A DNA stretch of 64,000 bases from Thermodesulfobacteriota bacterium (lineage in GTDB: Bacteria > Desulfobacterota > Desulfarculia > JACQYL01): positions 4,288,001 through 4,352,000 of the forward strand of contig CAXXLZ010000002.1 in the NCBI GenBank assembly GCA_963675595.2, given 5' to 3'. This document shows positions 40,162-49,436 of this stretch, piece after piece (positions within the stretch are counted from its first letter, which is position 1; the number at the start of each line of letters is the position of its first letter). The position numbers and the translations under genes were made by a program. A model generated the notes under the pieces. That model had not been told where the DNA came from. It made no database searches and was given only the letters and a program-made list of their open reading frames with translations.

Positions 40162-42984
40162 CTACAACACGGCCGCCCGTTCCCGGTACAGGTCCGGCCG
40201 CACGACCGATGCCATGGCCGCGGGATCGCAGGCGTCATCCAGGAATGCGTTCACTTGTTTCGCCACGGTGTCGGGTTCCAATACGGATTGCCGATAATTC
40301 ACATACAAGGCAGGTATGCCGAACGATGCGAGACGTCTCTTAAGATCGCTCATCTGCCTTCTCATGACCTCTTCCACGCGGCCGCAGGCGGTTTCCGAAT
40401 CCGGTTTCCCGGTGTACTCGATCATCCTGGATTGGGACCGGATGATTTCCTTTAGATCTCTTTCCATGACGATCACCCTGTAAGGGATGCGCGGGGCCAG
40501 GTAAGCCGGCAGCGGGGCAACGATCTTGACGGCCTTGCCTTTGGCGACCGACAGCCACGAATTGTCACGGGCAATGGTTTTGACCTTCTCCAGCTCGAAA
40601 TAGCCTTGGGGGTTGCCGGTATCGGGCCGTCTTTTCCCGTCCGTCAAGACGGGGAAACCGCCGGCTTCCAACATCTGCATCATCAAGGACGTCCCGGACC
40701 GGGGAAGCCCGGACACGACGAGCACGGTCTCTCCCAAGCCGGGTAGACTATCCGCCTGTTTTCCGCCGGCCGACGAGTCGGGAACGGTACTCCCATGTTC
40801 CGCGGCATACGCCGGGTCGATCGTTTCCGTGGAGTTCGGGTCGACGTCCCCGGATCGGAGTCGTTTCAGTCGCTCGGATGACTGTCGGGCCTCACGTTTG
40901 AAACCCTCCGCCTGTTCTTCATCCTTCAAACGGTGTTGGTGAATATAGGCCAAGCGTTGGTAGGCTTGGGGAAAGTTCGGATTCTGAGCCACCGCCATCC
41001 GGAGGGCCTGAACGGCTTCGGGAATGCGTCCCATGCGGTGGAGGCCCACTCCCAAAACGTAGTGGGCCATGGGGAGCTGGTACTCGAGACCGATGGCGGT
41101 GAGGGCATGCTCCACGGCTTCGCGGCTTCTCTTGCGTGCCAGGCAAACGCGGGCAAGCCCGAGCCGACCTTGAGCATTGTCCGGATCGAATTCGAGGACT
41201 CGTCGATATGATGCCTCCGCCTCGGTTGTCTTTCCCATGGCGAGAAGCGTCTCTCCCATGTGCAGGTAGAGGCCCACGGTTTCATGACCTCTTTTCTCGG
41301 CGCGTCTGAGATGTGCCATCGCTTCGCTCGGCCGGTCCTCCGCAGCCAGGAGGCTTCCCATGAGAAGGTCGAGGGATGCGAGATTGACGCCGGCTTTGGC
41401 TCTGAGTTTGGTGACTTTTTTCCGGTCTTCTTCCTCTAGTTCCTGAGGACTTTCGATTTTTCGAACTTCAAGAAAACTCTTTAGTTCTTTTTCGGCCTCC
41501 AAGGCGGTCTTCTTTTTGGACTCGATGACTTGTTCAAGGCGATTCCGGGCTTCGGAGATCCGGTCCAGTGATTTCAGGCAATGGACCAGGGCGATGCCGA
41601 AGCGGGACTCCTCGGACCATCGTTGGGACAAAGTTTCAAGGATAGGAACGGCCTGCACGTGGCGGCCGGCATCCATGTAGGAGCGTGCCAGGTTGTAATC
41701 GAGTTCTCTGACGCACTCGGCCACGGCGTCCCGCACGTTGTCGGGGGGCTTTTCGATATATCCGAGGTCGATGAGCCGATCCAACATCATTTGGTTTTCA
41801 ATGGGTTGGATCTGCCGGTCCTTCGGGTGCATCCCGCAGTCACCGGAAACCCGGTCCCAACTGGGGAGTCTTGAGACGGAAGGCGGCGTCTCAAATAGGC
41901 CGAGGAGCGGAACCCCGTCCATGTCGTCTCCCACGGGAAGCCCGAAAAGGGTGAGAATGGTGGGGCAGATATCCAGGAGGCCCGCTCCGTGAATAATCTC
42001 GTCTTTCCTGATGCCGGGGCCCTTGATCGCAAGAATGCCGTAATGGCGATGTTGGACCGCCGGCCCGGCGGGCTCCATGGGAATCCGTCTAGGGCGTCGG
42101 TGGTCGCAGTGGAACCCGTGGTCTGAAATCAGGATCACGGTGGTTTCCTCACCGGCTTCGGCCAGGAGTCTGCCCAGCATCATATCGTGGTAGATGTAGC
42201 CGCTTCGGACCACCTGATTGTACAGTTCGTAGTCGGATTTCAACACCCAGTCAGGCCGGGGCGGGTGGTATTGCATGAAGGCGTGGGAAAAATGGTCGAT
42301 GGCGTCGAAATAGACGGCCGTGAAATCCCAGGGCTCATGATGCATGAGCGCAACCGTGGCTCTATGGATGGTAGTACAGTCGCAGAATATCCGGGCAATG
42401 GTTTCCAGGCGATGGTCCTTTTCCTGGTCGATCTTACCCGCCTCGGGTACAAAGGGGAGGATATGCTCCGCCGTCAGGTCTTGGGGATGCAGACGCAGGT
42501 CGGCAAGGTTCTTTTCGAGTCGTTTGGGGTGGACGGTGCCGGGCTGTAGAGGCCACGGCTGGTCGAGCGGCCGGTGCGCCCGCTGATAGTGGTTGGAAAC
42601 CATGGCCCCGTTGATGGGTTCCGCCGGGTGGGACGGCCACCAACACACCACGTTGCACTTCCTCCCATTCTGACTCAGGATGTTCCAGACGGCCTTGGTC
42701 TTTCTCGAAAGGGAGGTGACCGGCCGGATTCCCCCGCCGCCGGGCATGGGCTCGGTAAATCCATAGACGCCATGCTTCCACGGGCGTTTTCCGGTGGCGA
42801 TGGAGGTCCACAGCATGGGGGACAATTCCGGGTAAAGAGTTGCCAAGTTACCCATGACTCCCGCTGTGACGAGGGAATCAAGGTGCGGCATCCTGCCTTC
42901 GTCCATCAAGGGATTGATGATATTCCAATCGGCGGCGTCCCAGCCGATGAGAAGGACTCTTTTCGAGGAAGGGGGTGAGGTCAT
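40162..42984 (-). CDS. Alkaline-phosphatase-superfamily + TPR + sulfotransferase fusion
   Basis: IGWDAAD, SPMLWTSIATG, SDHG; TPRs; SGLPRSGTS PAPS-binding motif. Confidence 0.9.
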   Translation of the reverse strand: MTSPPSSKRVLLIGWDAADWNIINPLMDEGRMPHLDSLVTAGVMGNLATLYPELSPMLWTSIATGKRPWKHGVYGFTEPMPGGGGIRPVTSLSRKTKAVWNILSQNGRKCNVVCWWPSHPAEPINGAMVSNHYQRAHRPLDQPWPLQPGTVHPKRLEKNLADLRLHPQDLTAEHILPFVPEAGKIDQEKDHRLETIARIFCDCTTIHRATVALMHHEPWDFTAVYFDAIDHFSHAFMQYHPPRPDWVLKSDYELYNQVVRSGYIYHDMMLGRLLAEAGEETTVILISDHGFHCDHRRPRRIPMEPAGPAVQHRHYGILAIKGPGIRKDEIIHGAGLLDICPTILTLFGLPVGDDMDGVPLLGLFETPPSVSRLPSWDRVSGDCGMHPKDRQIQPIENQMMLDRLIDLGYIEKPPDNVRDAVAECVRELDYNLARSYMDAGRHVQAVPILETLSQRWSEESRFGIALVHCLKSLDRISEARNRLEQVIESKKKTALEAEKELKSFLEVRKIESPQELEEEDRKKVTKLRAKAGVNLASLDLLMGSLLAAEDRPSEAMAHLRRAEKRGHETVGLYLHMGETLLAMGKTTEAEASYRRVLEFDPDNAQGRLGLARVCLARKRSREAVEHALTAIGLEYQLPMAHYVLGVGLHRMGRIPEAVQALRMAVAQNPNFPQAYQRLAYIHQHRLKDEEQAEGFKREARQSSERLKRLRSGDVDPNSTETIDPAYAAEHGSTVPDSSAGGKQADSLPGLGETVLVVSGLPRSGTSLMMQMLEAGGFPVLTDGKRRPDTGNPQGYFELEKVKTIARDNSWLSVAKGKAVKIVAPLPAYLAPRIPYRVIVMERDLKEIIRSQSRMIEYTGKPDSETACGRVEEVMRRQMSDLKRRLASFGIPALYVNYRQSVLEPDTVAKQVNAFLDDACDPAAMASVVRPDLYRERAAVL

Positions 42985-43498
42985 GATCGGGTCTCAGGTC
43001 CCGGAATGGATCCTATTTCGAGAATGTCAATTACGAAGAGGTACAACGATTCGGCCCCAAAACATGCATTTCTATGGGGCTCGGCCCAAGGGCGGTCGAA
43101 TGGAGCGCTCGTTCGTCCGATCGACTCGGCTTACCGCGAATTTTTTTCGCGGGGGCTTGGATGCTGAAGTACGTGGCGGGATTGAGGGAGTCAAGAAAAA
43201 ACGGCTGTAAATCAATCAAAGGTGGGGTGACGAAAAGGCCGAAGACACTCCGGCTCCATTGCCTCACTACGAAGCGCCGTGATCTTTCAACCCTGCAGCG
43301 GGGACGTTCGAAAGAGCCGTGAGTCGTCTTGTCGCTTCCCCGTACAACGATTCGTCTCGGGTGGCGAGGCCGTGTCGGGGAGTGTTTCGGAACGCCTGTA
43401 GACGCCTTTTCAGAAGCACTTTCTCAACATTGCCGACTTGCGCAATTGGACTCTCGTCCGCAGCCTTCCCATGGAAATTAGGCGGGATGACTCTCCGG

Positions 43499-44803
43499 CT
43501 AATACATCAGATTGGGTAACCACAGCACCAGTTGGGGAAACGCCACCAGCATCGCGGTGCCGACGATCAGCGCAATCAGGAAAGGAAGCACGCCCTTGAA
43601 AATGGTTTCGAGAGGAATTTCCTGTCGAATGCCGCTCACCACATACACGTTGATGCCCACCGGAGGCGTGATTACGCCCATTTGCGTCACCAGCACGATG
43701 ATGATTCCGAACCAGATGGGATCGTAACCCAGCTGGTTTGAGATGATGGGATAGAAGATGGGAATGGTGAGCATGATCAGGGCCAGAGCGTCGATAAAAC
43801 ACCCTCCGATGAGGTACACCAGGATGATCAGGGCCACCACGGCCCACCCCGGCAGGTCAAGCAGGGCGACCCAATTAGCCACTTCGAAAGGGATGCGGGT
43901 GACGGCCAGGAAATGGCCGAAGATGACCGCTCCGGCCACCAGAAACAGTACCATGCAGGAAGTGCGCAGGGACTCATAAACGGATTTGACGAAACCCGCC
44001 CACGAAATCCGTCTTCTGACCAAAGACACGAGAAGCACGGAGGCCGCACCCACGGCGCCGGCTTCCGTCGGCGTGAAAGCCCCCAAAAACAAACCCGTCA
44101 TGACCAGGATGAAAATGGCCAGCGTTTCCAGCGTACCGGTCAGGGAAAGGACCCGCTCTTTCCAGGAGCAGGCCTCGCAAGCGGGGCCCTGCTTGGGATC
44201 CAAGCGGCAGTACACCCACACGGCGGCTGCGAAACATATGGTGATGAACACCGCGGGCACGATGCCGGCCACAAACAGCATCCCGATGGACTGTTCCGTA
44301 AGGATTCCATAAACGATCAGCACCACGCTGGGCGGCATGAGCATACCCAAACCGCCTCCCGCAGCCACGCTGCCCGCAGCCAGTTCGTCTCCGTAGCCGT
44401 AGCGTTTCATTTCGGGAAGAGCCACCGTGGCCATGGTTGCCGCCGTGGCCGGCGAGGAGCCGCATACGGCCCCGAAAGCGGTGCAGGCCACCACCGTGGC
44501 GGACGCCAGCCCTCCTCTGCTCGACCCCACAAACTTGTAGGCCGAGTCGTACAGTCGGCTGCTGATGCCCGCATTGAAGGCGATCTGACCCATGAGGATG
44601 AACAATGGTATGATGGAAAGCCCGTAGGAGGAGTAAACCTGGTAGAAATCACGCGCCAGCAGCTTGAGGGCGGCGTCGGTGTTGACCACCACGGCGAACC
44701 CCAAAAAGCCCACCAGAGTCATGACGTAGGCCACCGGCATACGCGTGAAGAACACCACGACCAGGAGCACGATACCGATGATGCCGATGGTGTCCGGACT
44801 CAT
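43499..44803 (-). CDS. dctM: TRAP transporter large permease
   Basis: IPLFILMG, GSSPATAA, FTPTEAG, ITPPVG. Confidence 0.95.
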   Translation of the reverse strand: MSPDTIGIIGIVLLVVVFFTRMPVAYVMTLVGFLGFAVVVNTDAALKLLARDFYQVYSSYGLSIIPLFILMGQIAFNAGISSRLYDSAYKFVGSSRGGLASATVVACTAFGAVCGSSPATAATMATVALPEMKRYGYGDELAAGSVAAGGGLGMLMPPSVVLIVYGILTEQSIGMLFVAGIVPAVFITICFAAAVWVYCRLDPKQGPACEACSWKERVLSLTGTLETLAIFILVMTGLFLGAFTPTEAGAVGAASVLLVSLVRRRISWAGFVKSVYESLRTSCMVLFLVAGAVIFGHFLAVTRIPFEVANWVALLDLPGWAVVALIILVYLIGGCFIDALALIMLTIPIFYPIISNQLGYDPIWFGIIIVLVTQMGVITPPVGINVYVVSGIRQEIPLETIFKGVLPFLIALIVGTAMLVAFPQLVLWLPNLMY

Positions 44804-45285
44804 TTGGAGATCGCCTTTTTCAGATGATTCAGGAAACCGACGAAAATCACCGCCGTGAGCCCCAGAAAGGCGAGCGCCACGAGAAACACGATAAAATACG
44901 TGGGGAACTGAAGACTCATGGAGACTTCGCCCGTGCGCCGAATTTCCTGCGCGTAAAGGAACATCTGCCAAGAGACCAGGCCGAACAGCACTGTGGATAT
45001 TCCTGAAGTGAAGGTATCCACAAGGGCTTGATGCGCCGGTTTGAGACGCCTCACAATAAGGTCCACGCCCACGTGACCCTTTTCGAAATGGGTCGAAGGC
45101 ATGGCGCAGGCCAGCACAAGGGTGGCCAGAAAACTGACCACTTCGACGGCCCCGAAAATGGGTCGATCGAAATAGCGGAAAATCACGTCCACGCAGGTGA
45201 CCAGCATCATGCCGGTCAGAGCGGTTCCGCCCACGCGCTTCATCAGACTGTTGAACTTTTCTACGACCTTGGAAAGGTTGATCAT
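44800..45285 (-). CDS. dctQ: TRAP transporter small permease
   Basis: DVIFRY..RPI.G..E, GHVGVD; four TM segments. Confidence 0.93.
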   Translation of the reverse strand: MINLSKVVEKFNSLMKRVGGTALTGMMLVTCVDVIFRYFDRPIFGAVEVVSFLATLVLACAMPSTHFEKGHVGVDLIVRRLKPAHQALVDTFTSGISTVLFGLVSWQMFLYAQEIRRTGEVSMSLQFPTYFIVFLVALAFLGLTAVIFVGFLNHLKKAISK

Positions 45286-45676
45286 GCCGTGTCCCTGCTT
45301 TGTGCCGCCCCGGTCGGCGGCGCTTCATTATCCGGCCGGTGAAGAGGAATCTCCTGATGGAAATTTGGGGAATCGCCTTCGGCGAATTCCCCGTATCCTT
45401 CCTGAAACGTTCCAACAGGCCGTTGTGTAAGACGATATGCGGTGTTGCGCCTCACCCCTTGTCGGGACGACGTACTCGCATGTACGCCTCGCTCCTCAGG
45501 ATTTACGTGCCGTACAACTCATCGTTTTTCGCCGGCCTGTGATCATCCGACTTTTTCAAGGGGCCGGTAAAGATTCCGACCCGCTTTTTCGCTACGGGGG
45601 TACCCGTTCCCGCTCGCCGCCGTGACCTAGCATACGGGAGCTCAGCCGGCTTCAACATTCGGGAATTCAGCACATC

Positions 45677-46696
45677 CTACTTCGTGAGTTCCGCCAGAAC
45701 CTCTTGAGTGTACGCGAGGGCCTCTTTGGCCGGCACGCCCCGAGCCTCCCCCGATTTGACGTATTCACTCAGAACGGGTTCATTGGCCGCTTTCCAGCGT
45801 GCGGACTCTTCCGGGCTCAACTCAATGATTTCTCGACCTTTTTCAATGAGGAATTGTCGGCCTTCCTCGTCGCTCTTGTCCCAGGCTTCTCCGTGTTTGG
45901 GTATCCACTCGTCGTTGATTTCCATAATGGTTTTGCGTACTTCCGGAGACAGGGAATTCCATTTGTCCAGATTCATGACCACGTAGAAAGAGGTGGTATA
46001 GGCATTGGCATAATTCAAAGTGCAGTACTTGACGACCTCCGCCATTTTCCAGCCTTTGTTGGTTTCAAGGGGATACAGGCTTCCGTCCACCACGCCGCGC
46101 TGCAGAGCCGTGTAAATTTCGGGCATCGGCATGGCCACCGGGGTCCCGCCCAGGGCTTCCACCACTTTGGCATTGGTGCCGTGGGAGCGGATTTTCAGGC
46201 CTTTGAGGTCTTCCATCTTTCGGACCGGTTTGTCCTTGGTGTGCAGGAGTCCGGGGCCGTGGGCGTGGAGATACATGACCGCCACATCGTCCAGTTCCTT
46301 GGGTTTGAACTTCTCATAGACCTTGTTCACCACCTGGGTGGCCGTTTTGCCGTCGGGATAGCCCAAAGGCAGGTCCACCACTTCCATCAAGGGGAAACGA
46401 CCTCGCGTATAGCCGAAGAGGCAGAAGCCCACATCCGAGAGACCCTGGACCACGCCGTCGTAGACTTGTTTGGCCTTGGTCAGCGTCTGACCCGGGAAAT
46501 AGTCGATCTTCACCGCTCCGTCGGTGCGCTTTTCCACTTCTTGACACCAGGCGGCCGCCAGTTGCGATTGGATGTGTGTGGGCGGGAAAAAGCAGGAGTA
46601 GGTGAGCTTTACGGTTTCAGCGGCGGGGCATGTCCCCGTTGCGCCGGCCAGGACGACAAGAACGGCACAAAGCGTGAAAAGACTCTTCTTGAGCAT
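45677..46696 (-). CDS. dctP: TRAP transporter solute-binding protein
   Basis: Signal peptide; EDLKGLKIR, ALGGTPV.MPMPEIYTALQRGVVDG. Confidence 0.95.
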   Translation of the reverse strand: MLKKSLFTLCAVLVVLAGATGTCPAAETVKLTYSCFFPPTHIQSQLAAAWCQEVEKRTDGAVKIDYFPGQTLTKAKQVYDGVVQGLSDVGFCLFGYTRGRFPLMEVVDLPLGYPDGKTATQVVNKVYEKFKPKELDDVAVMYLHAHGPGLLHTKDKPVRKMEDLKGLKIRSHGTNAKVVEALGGTPVAMPMPEIYTALQRGVVDGSLYPLETNKGWKMAEVVKYCTLNYANAYTTSFYVVMNLDKWNSLSPEVRKTIMEINDEWIPKHGEAWDKSDEEGRQFLIEKGREIIELSPEESARWKAANEPVLSEYVKSGEARGVPAKEALAYTQEVLAELTK

Positions 46697-47186
46697 AATT
46701 TCCTCCCTGTTGTGTCGATGGATTGGTGGACTTAGGCAAAGCCCCAGGACTGTAACAGTATTGTGCCGCGCAGACAAGACCTGTGTCCGGGCTTTCGACA
46801 AAAAATCGGGAACAGGGGGTCGGCGGCGTGGAGATTGCGATCACCAAAGGGATTGGATTCGGAGAGGCCGTTGAGGCCGAGTGTCGAAAAAGGCTTCACT
46901 TTCTTGTTCATGTCAATCACGAGAACCGGTCTGTAGTGACTTTTTGGATGGCGAGTGAGGCTGAGGAGTCCTTGTAATCCCATGATACAACGGAAGAAGT
47001 CTCGAACAAAGAGGGAGTACGCTTGCATCTGGTCACTGTCGGTCAATTTGACATTAAGGCGCATGAGGCATTGGAGGATGCTGAACGGAGGGATTTGGAT
47101 GTGTGGGGGACAGGGGCCCCATGCGGAACATGGGAGAGGATATCCTGGAAGTCGGTTGTTACGGACTCCACCCGTGCGCGGTCATG

Positions 47187-47215
47187 AAAAGGCCGCGGGC
47201 AAACCCGCGGCCTTT
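47187..47215 (-). terminator. Intrinsic terminator
   Basis: aaaaggccgcggg-caaa-cccgcggccttt. Confidence 0.75.
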
Positions 47216-47237
47216 GGTGCCCGGCATATGAGAAGAA

Positions 47238-48086
47238 TCAAGCTCTCTTCGCGCGCCTGCGGAAAACGATGCCCGCCATACCCACCAAACCCACACCCAA
47301 GAGGGCCAGGGTGCCGGGTTCGGGAACGGGTGCGCTGGAACCAACTTCGAAATTGTCCCAAATGGTGTAGGGCTTAGATTCGCCCCAATCCGCTAAGGGA
47401 GCTTCAAACATAGTGTACAGTCCGATAGCCGTACCGAGATTGGTATAATCATTTCTGTAAGAGGTTCCTACCTGTTGCCCATCTACATAGAAGTGTATGA
47501 AGCCATCTGAAGAACTTAGCTGAAACATAAGGTTATGCCAATCATTCGTTCGTTCAACCTCCGTGTTTTGCCAACCTGGCGAATTTTCCCCCGCAGCCAC
47601 ATAGTAATAGTTGTCGCGCACATTAAATCGTCCTCCAAATTGGACGTCGGTCCAGTCCTCGCTGCCATCAATGTAGGGATTTACCCAATCAGGGACGGCA
47701 TAGAGTTGTCCCGCTCTTGCATTGGTCTCGGAGGACAGTTCATCATAGTACCAAACGCTGACGTACGGGTCGTATTGCTTTGCCAAGGCCGCGTGAGGAA
47801 GCGACTCAACCTCGACGGCCGCCCAAAACATCGTATCCTTCGGAGTGGAATCGGCGATCAATTGTAGCCCATAACTTCCGGCGTAGGCCGTACTCGTCTG
47901 CTGCATCATCTTTCCGACCGGAGCTTCTCCATGCCTGTAGTCGCTGTTCACCCAACCAGGAGCGTAGTCGCCAGTCCATGGAGTCTCAAAGTCATCGAAA
48001 AAGAGAACCACCGCCTGTGCCGGCGGTGCGGCCCAAGAGATGACAGCAGCCAGTACCAACAAACCGATGCATTTTCTCATATTCAT
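47238..48086 (-). CDS. PEP-CTERM protein (lectin/LamG-like fold possible)
   Basis: Signal peptide; VPEPGTLALLGVGLVG...RRRAKR. Confidence 0.92.
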   Translation of the reverse strand: MNMRKCIGLLVLAAVISWAAPPAQAVVLFFDDFETPWTGDYAPGWVNSDYRHGEAPVGKMMQQTSTAYAGSYGLQLIADSTPKDTMFWAAVEVESLPHAALAKQYDPYVSVWYYDELSSETNARAGQLYAVPDWVNPYIDGSEDWTDVQFGGRFNVRDNYYYVAAGENSPGWQNTEVERTNDWHNLMFQLSSSDGFIHFYVDGQQVGTSYRNDYTNLGTAIGLYTMFEAPLADWGESKPYTIWDNFEVGSSAPVPEPGTLALLGVGLVGMAGIVFRRRAKRA

Positions 48087-48122
48087 GACATCCCCTTCCC
48101 ATGTTGTGTTTGGGAAGTGTTA

Positions 48123-48139
48123 AGCAATATTAATACCAA
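48123..48139 (-). promoter_or_regulatory. Sigma54 promoter candidate
   Basis: tTGGTATtaataTTGCt on the minus strand. Confidence 0.55.
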
Positions 48140-48587
48140 GATAAATAGCTAATAAAAGTAACAAGATATCGTTAAAGATGTGCTGAATTGGAAAGAAATC
48201 CGACACCATATCCGACTTCGCTTCGCGTGAGGAGGCACCTATGAGGACAAAAATAGCGGGAACTCCTAATTGCGCGCTCCCTTCGGATCGTGCTACTTGT
48301 TGGATCGTGGTACATTCTCCCCGCCGGAATCAATGTGCCACCATTCCTCCGACCATGTGGGCGATTTCAACGCACCCCGCCGTCCCACATGGTCTTCTTT
48401 TTTTCAAGGTAATTCAGAAATCAGGCTCGGTAACCCCTTTGAACCGTGGGGAATTTCCACAAGGCAACCGGCTGGGAGGAAGGGTCGGCTCTTGCGACGA
48501 GAACGGAGAGCCCGCAGATGTCGGGGAACCTCAGAACGCAGCGAGGCAGTGCTGGAGAAGGGTGGGGAGAGAGTGAACGGAAGTCCT

Positions 48588-49322
48588 TCAGTCCGCGGTC
48601 AACAGGCTTAGAATGGGCACGAGGTTCAATTTGCCCACGGTCACGGTGGCTGTTTCCGTGTCGGTTCCGCAATCGGATTCGGCGGTGAGCGTGTAGGTCG
48701 TGCCGGCCGACGGCGATACCGCAACGGAACCCGACGAAGGGTCCACCACGCCGATGTCCGGATCGATTCGGGCGGAAGTCGCTCCCGAAAGACTCCACGA
48801 CAACACGGAGGATTGCGAAGAGGAAATTCGCGTGGGAGAAGCCGTGAACGATTGAATTACCGGGGCGGGGCAGTTCAAAGACAAAGGATTCGGCTGGGCG
48901 TCCAGAACGGCGGGATTTACCATGCCGTTGAGCTGGTATTCAGCCTCGGCGGTAATCTGCGCCGATCCCGTCGCGTCGCCGGGAACACGGGCGATGTAGG
49001 TCATCACCACCGGGCTCGAGGGCAAGCTCCCGGTCCAGATGACCTCCCCGAACAGTGCGTTGAACTCCGGATTCCCATCTCCGCCGACGCTTTCCACGTG
49101 CCATCCCTGGGGCAGATCGGGCCTCCACAACAGGGTGAGCAATGTTCCCGAATAGGTGAAAGTGTTGGTCACGGTAACCGTCCCACCCGGTTCGTAGGAG
49201 GCGGGTGCGGTGTGAACGGCGGTTTCCGTCTGGGCGAAGCACGTCGCAACCGGAAACGACATCGCCGCAAAAAGGAACAACACAAATAGAGCTGAAACAA
49301 AAGAGAATCCGTACCTGTTCAC
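48588..49322 (-). CDS. Secreted protein: cohesin-like beta-sandwich + Ig-like domain + short hydrophobic tail
   Basis: Signal peptide; LLWRPDLPQGW..VGGDGNPE..IWTGSLP module; ends LVPILSLL. Confidence 0.8.
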   Translation of the reverse strand: MNRYGFSFVSALFVLFLFAAMSFPVATCFAQTETAVHTAPASYEPGGTVTVTNTFTYSGTLLTLLWRPDLPQGWHVESVGGDGNPEFNALFGEVIWTGSLPSSPVVMTYIARVPGDATGSAQITAEAEYQLNGMVNPAVLDAQPNPLSLNCPAPVIQSFTASPTRISSSQSSVLSWSLSGATSARIDPDIGVVDPSSGSVAVSPSAGTTYTLTAESDCGTDTETATVTVGKLNLVPILSLLTAD

Positions 49323-49436
49323 AGGCTTCTCCTTGAATGCGTCGCTTCGGGACCTTCATTCTCCGGACGAGAATGCCGATCCGCGCCGGAAGCTCGAAAA
49401 TCTGGAGCCGTATCCAACATCATAACGTATCGCACT

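Noticed and set aside
43499-45415. 638-aa version of DctM in the ORF track
   Set aside because: The N-terminal extension overlaps dctQ; the real start is 44803
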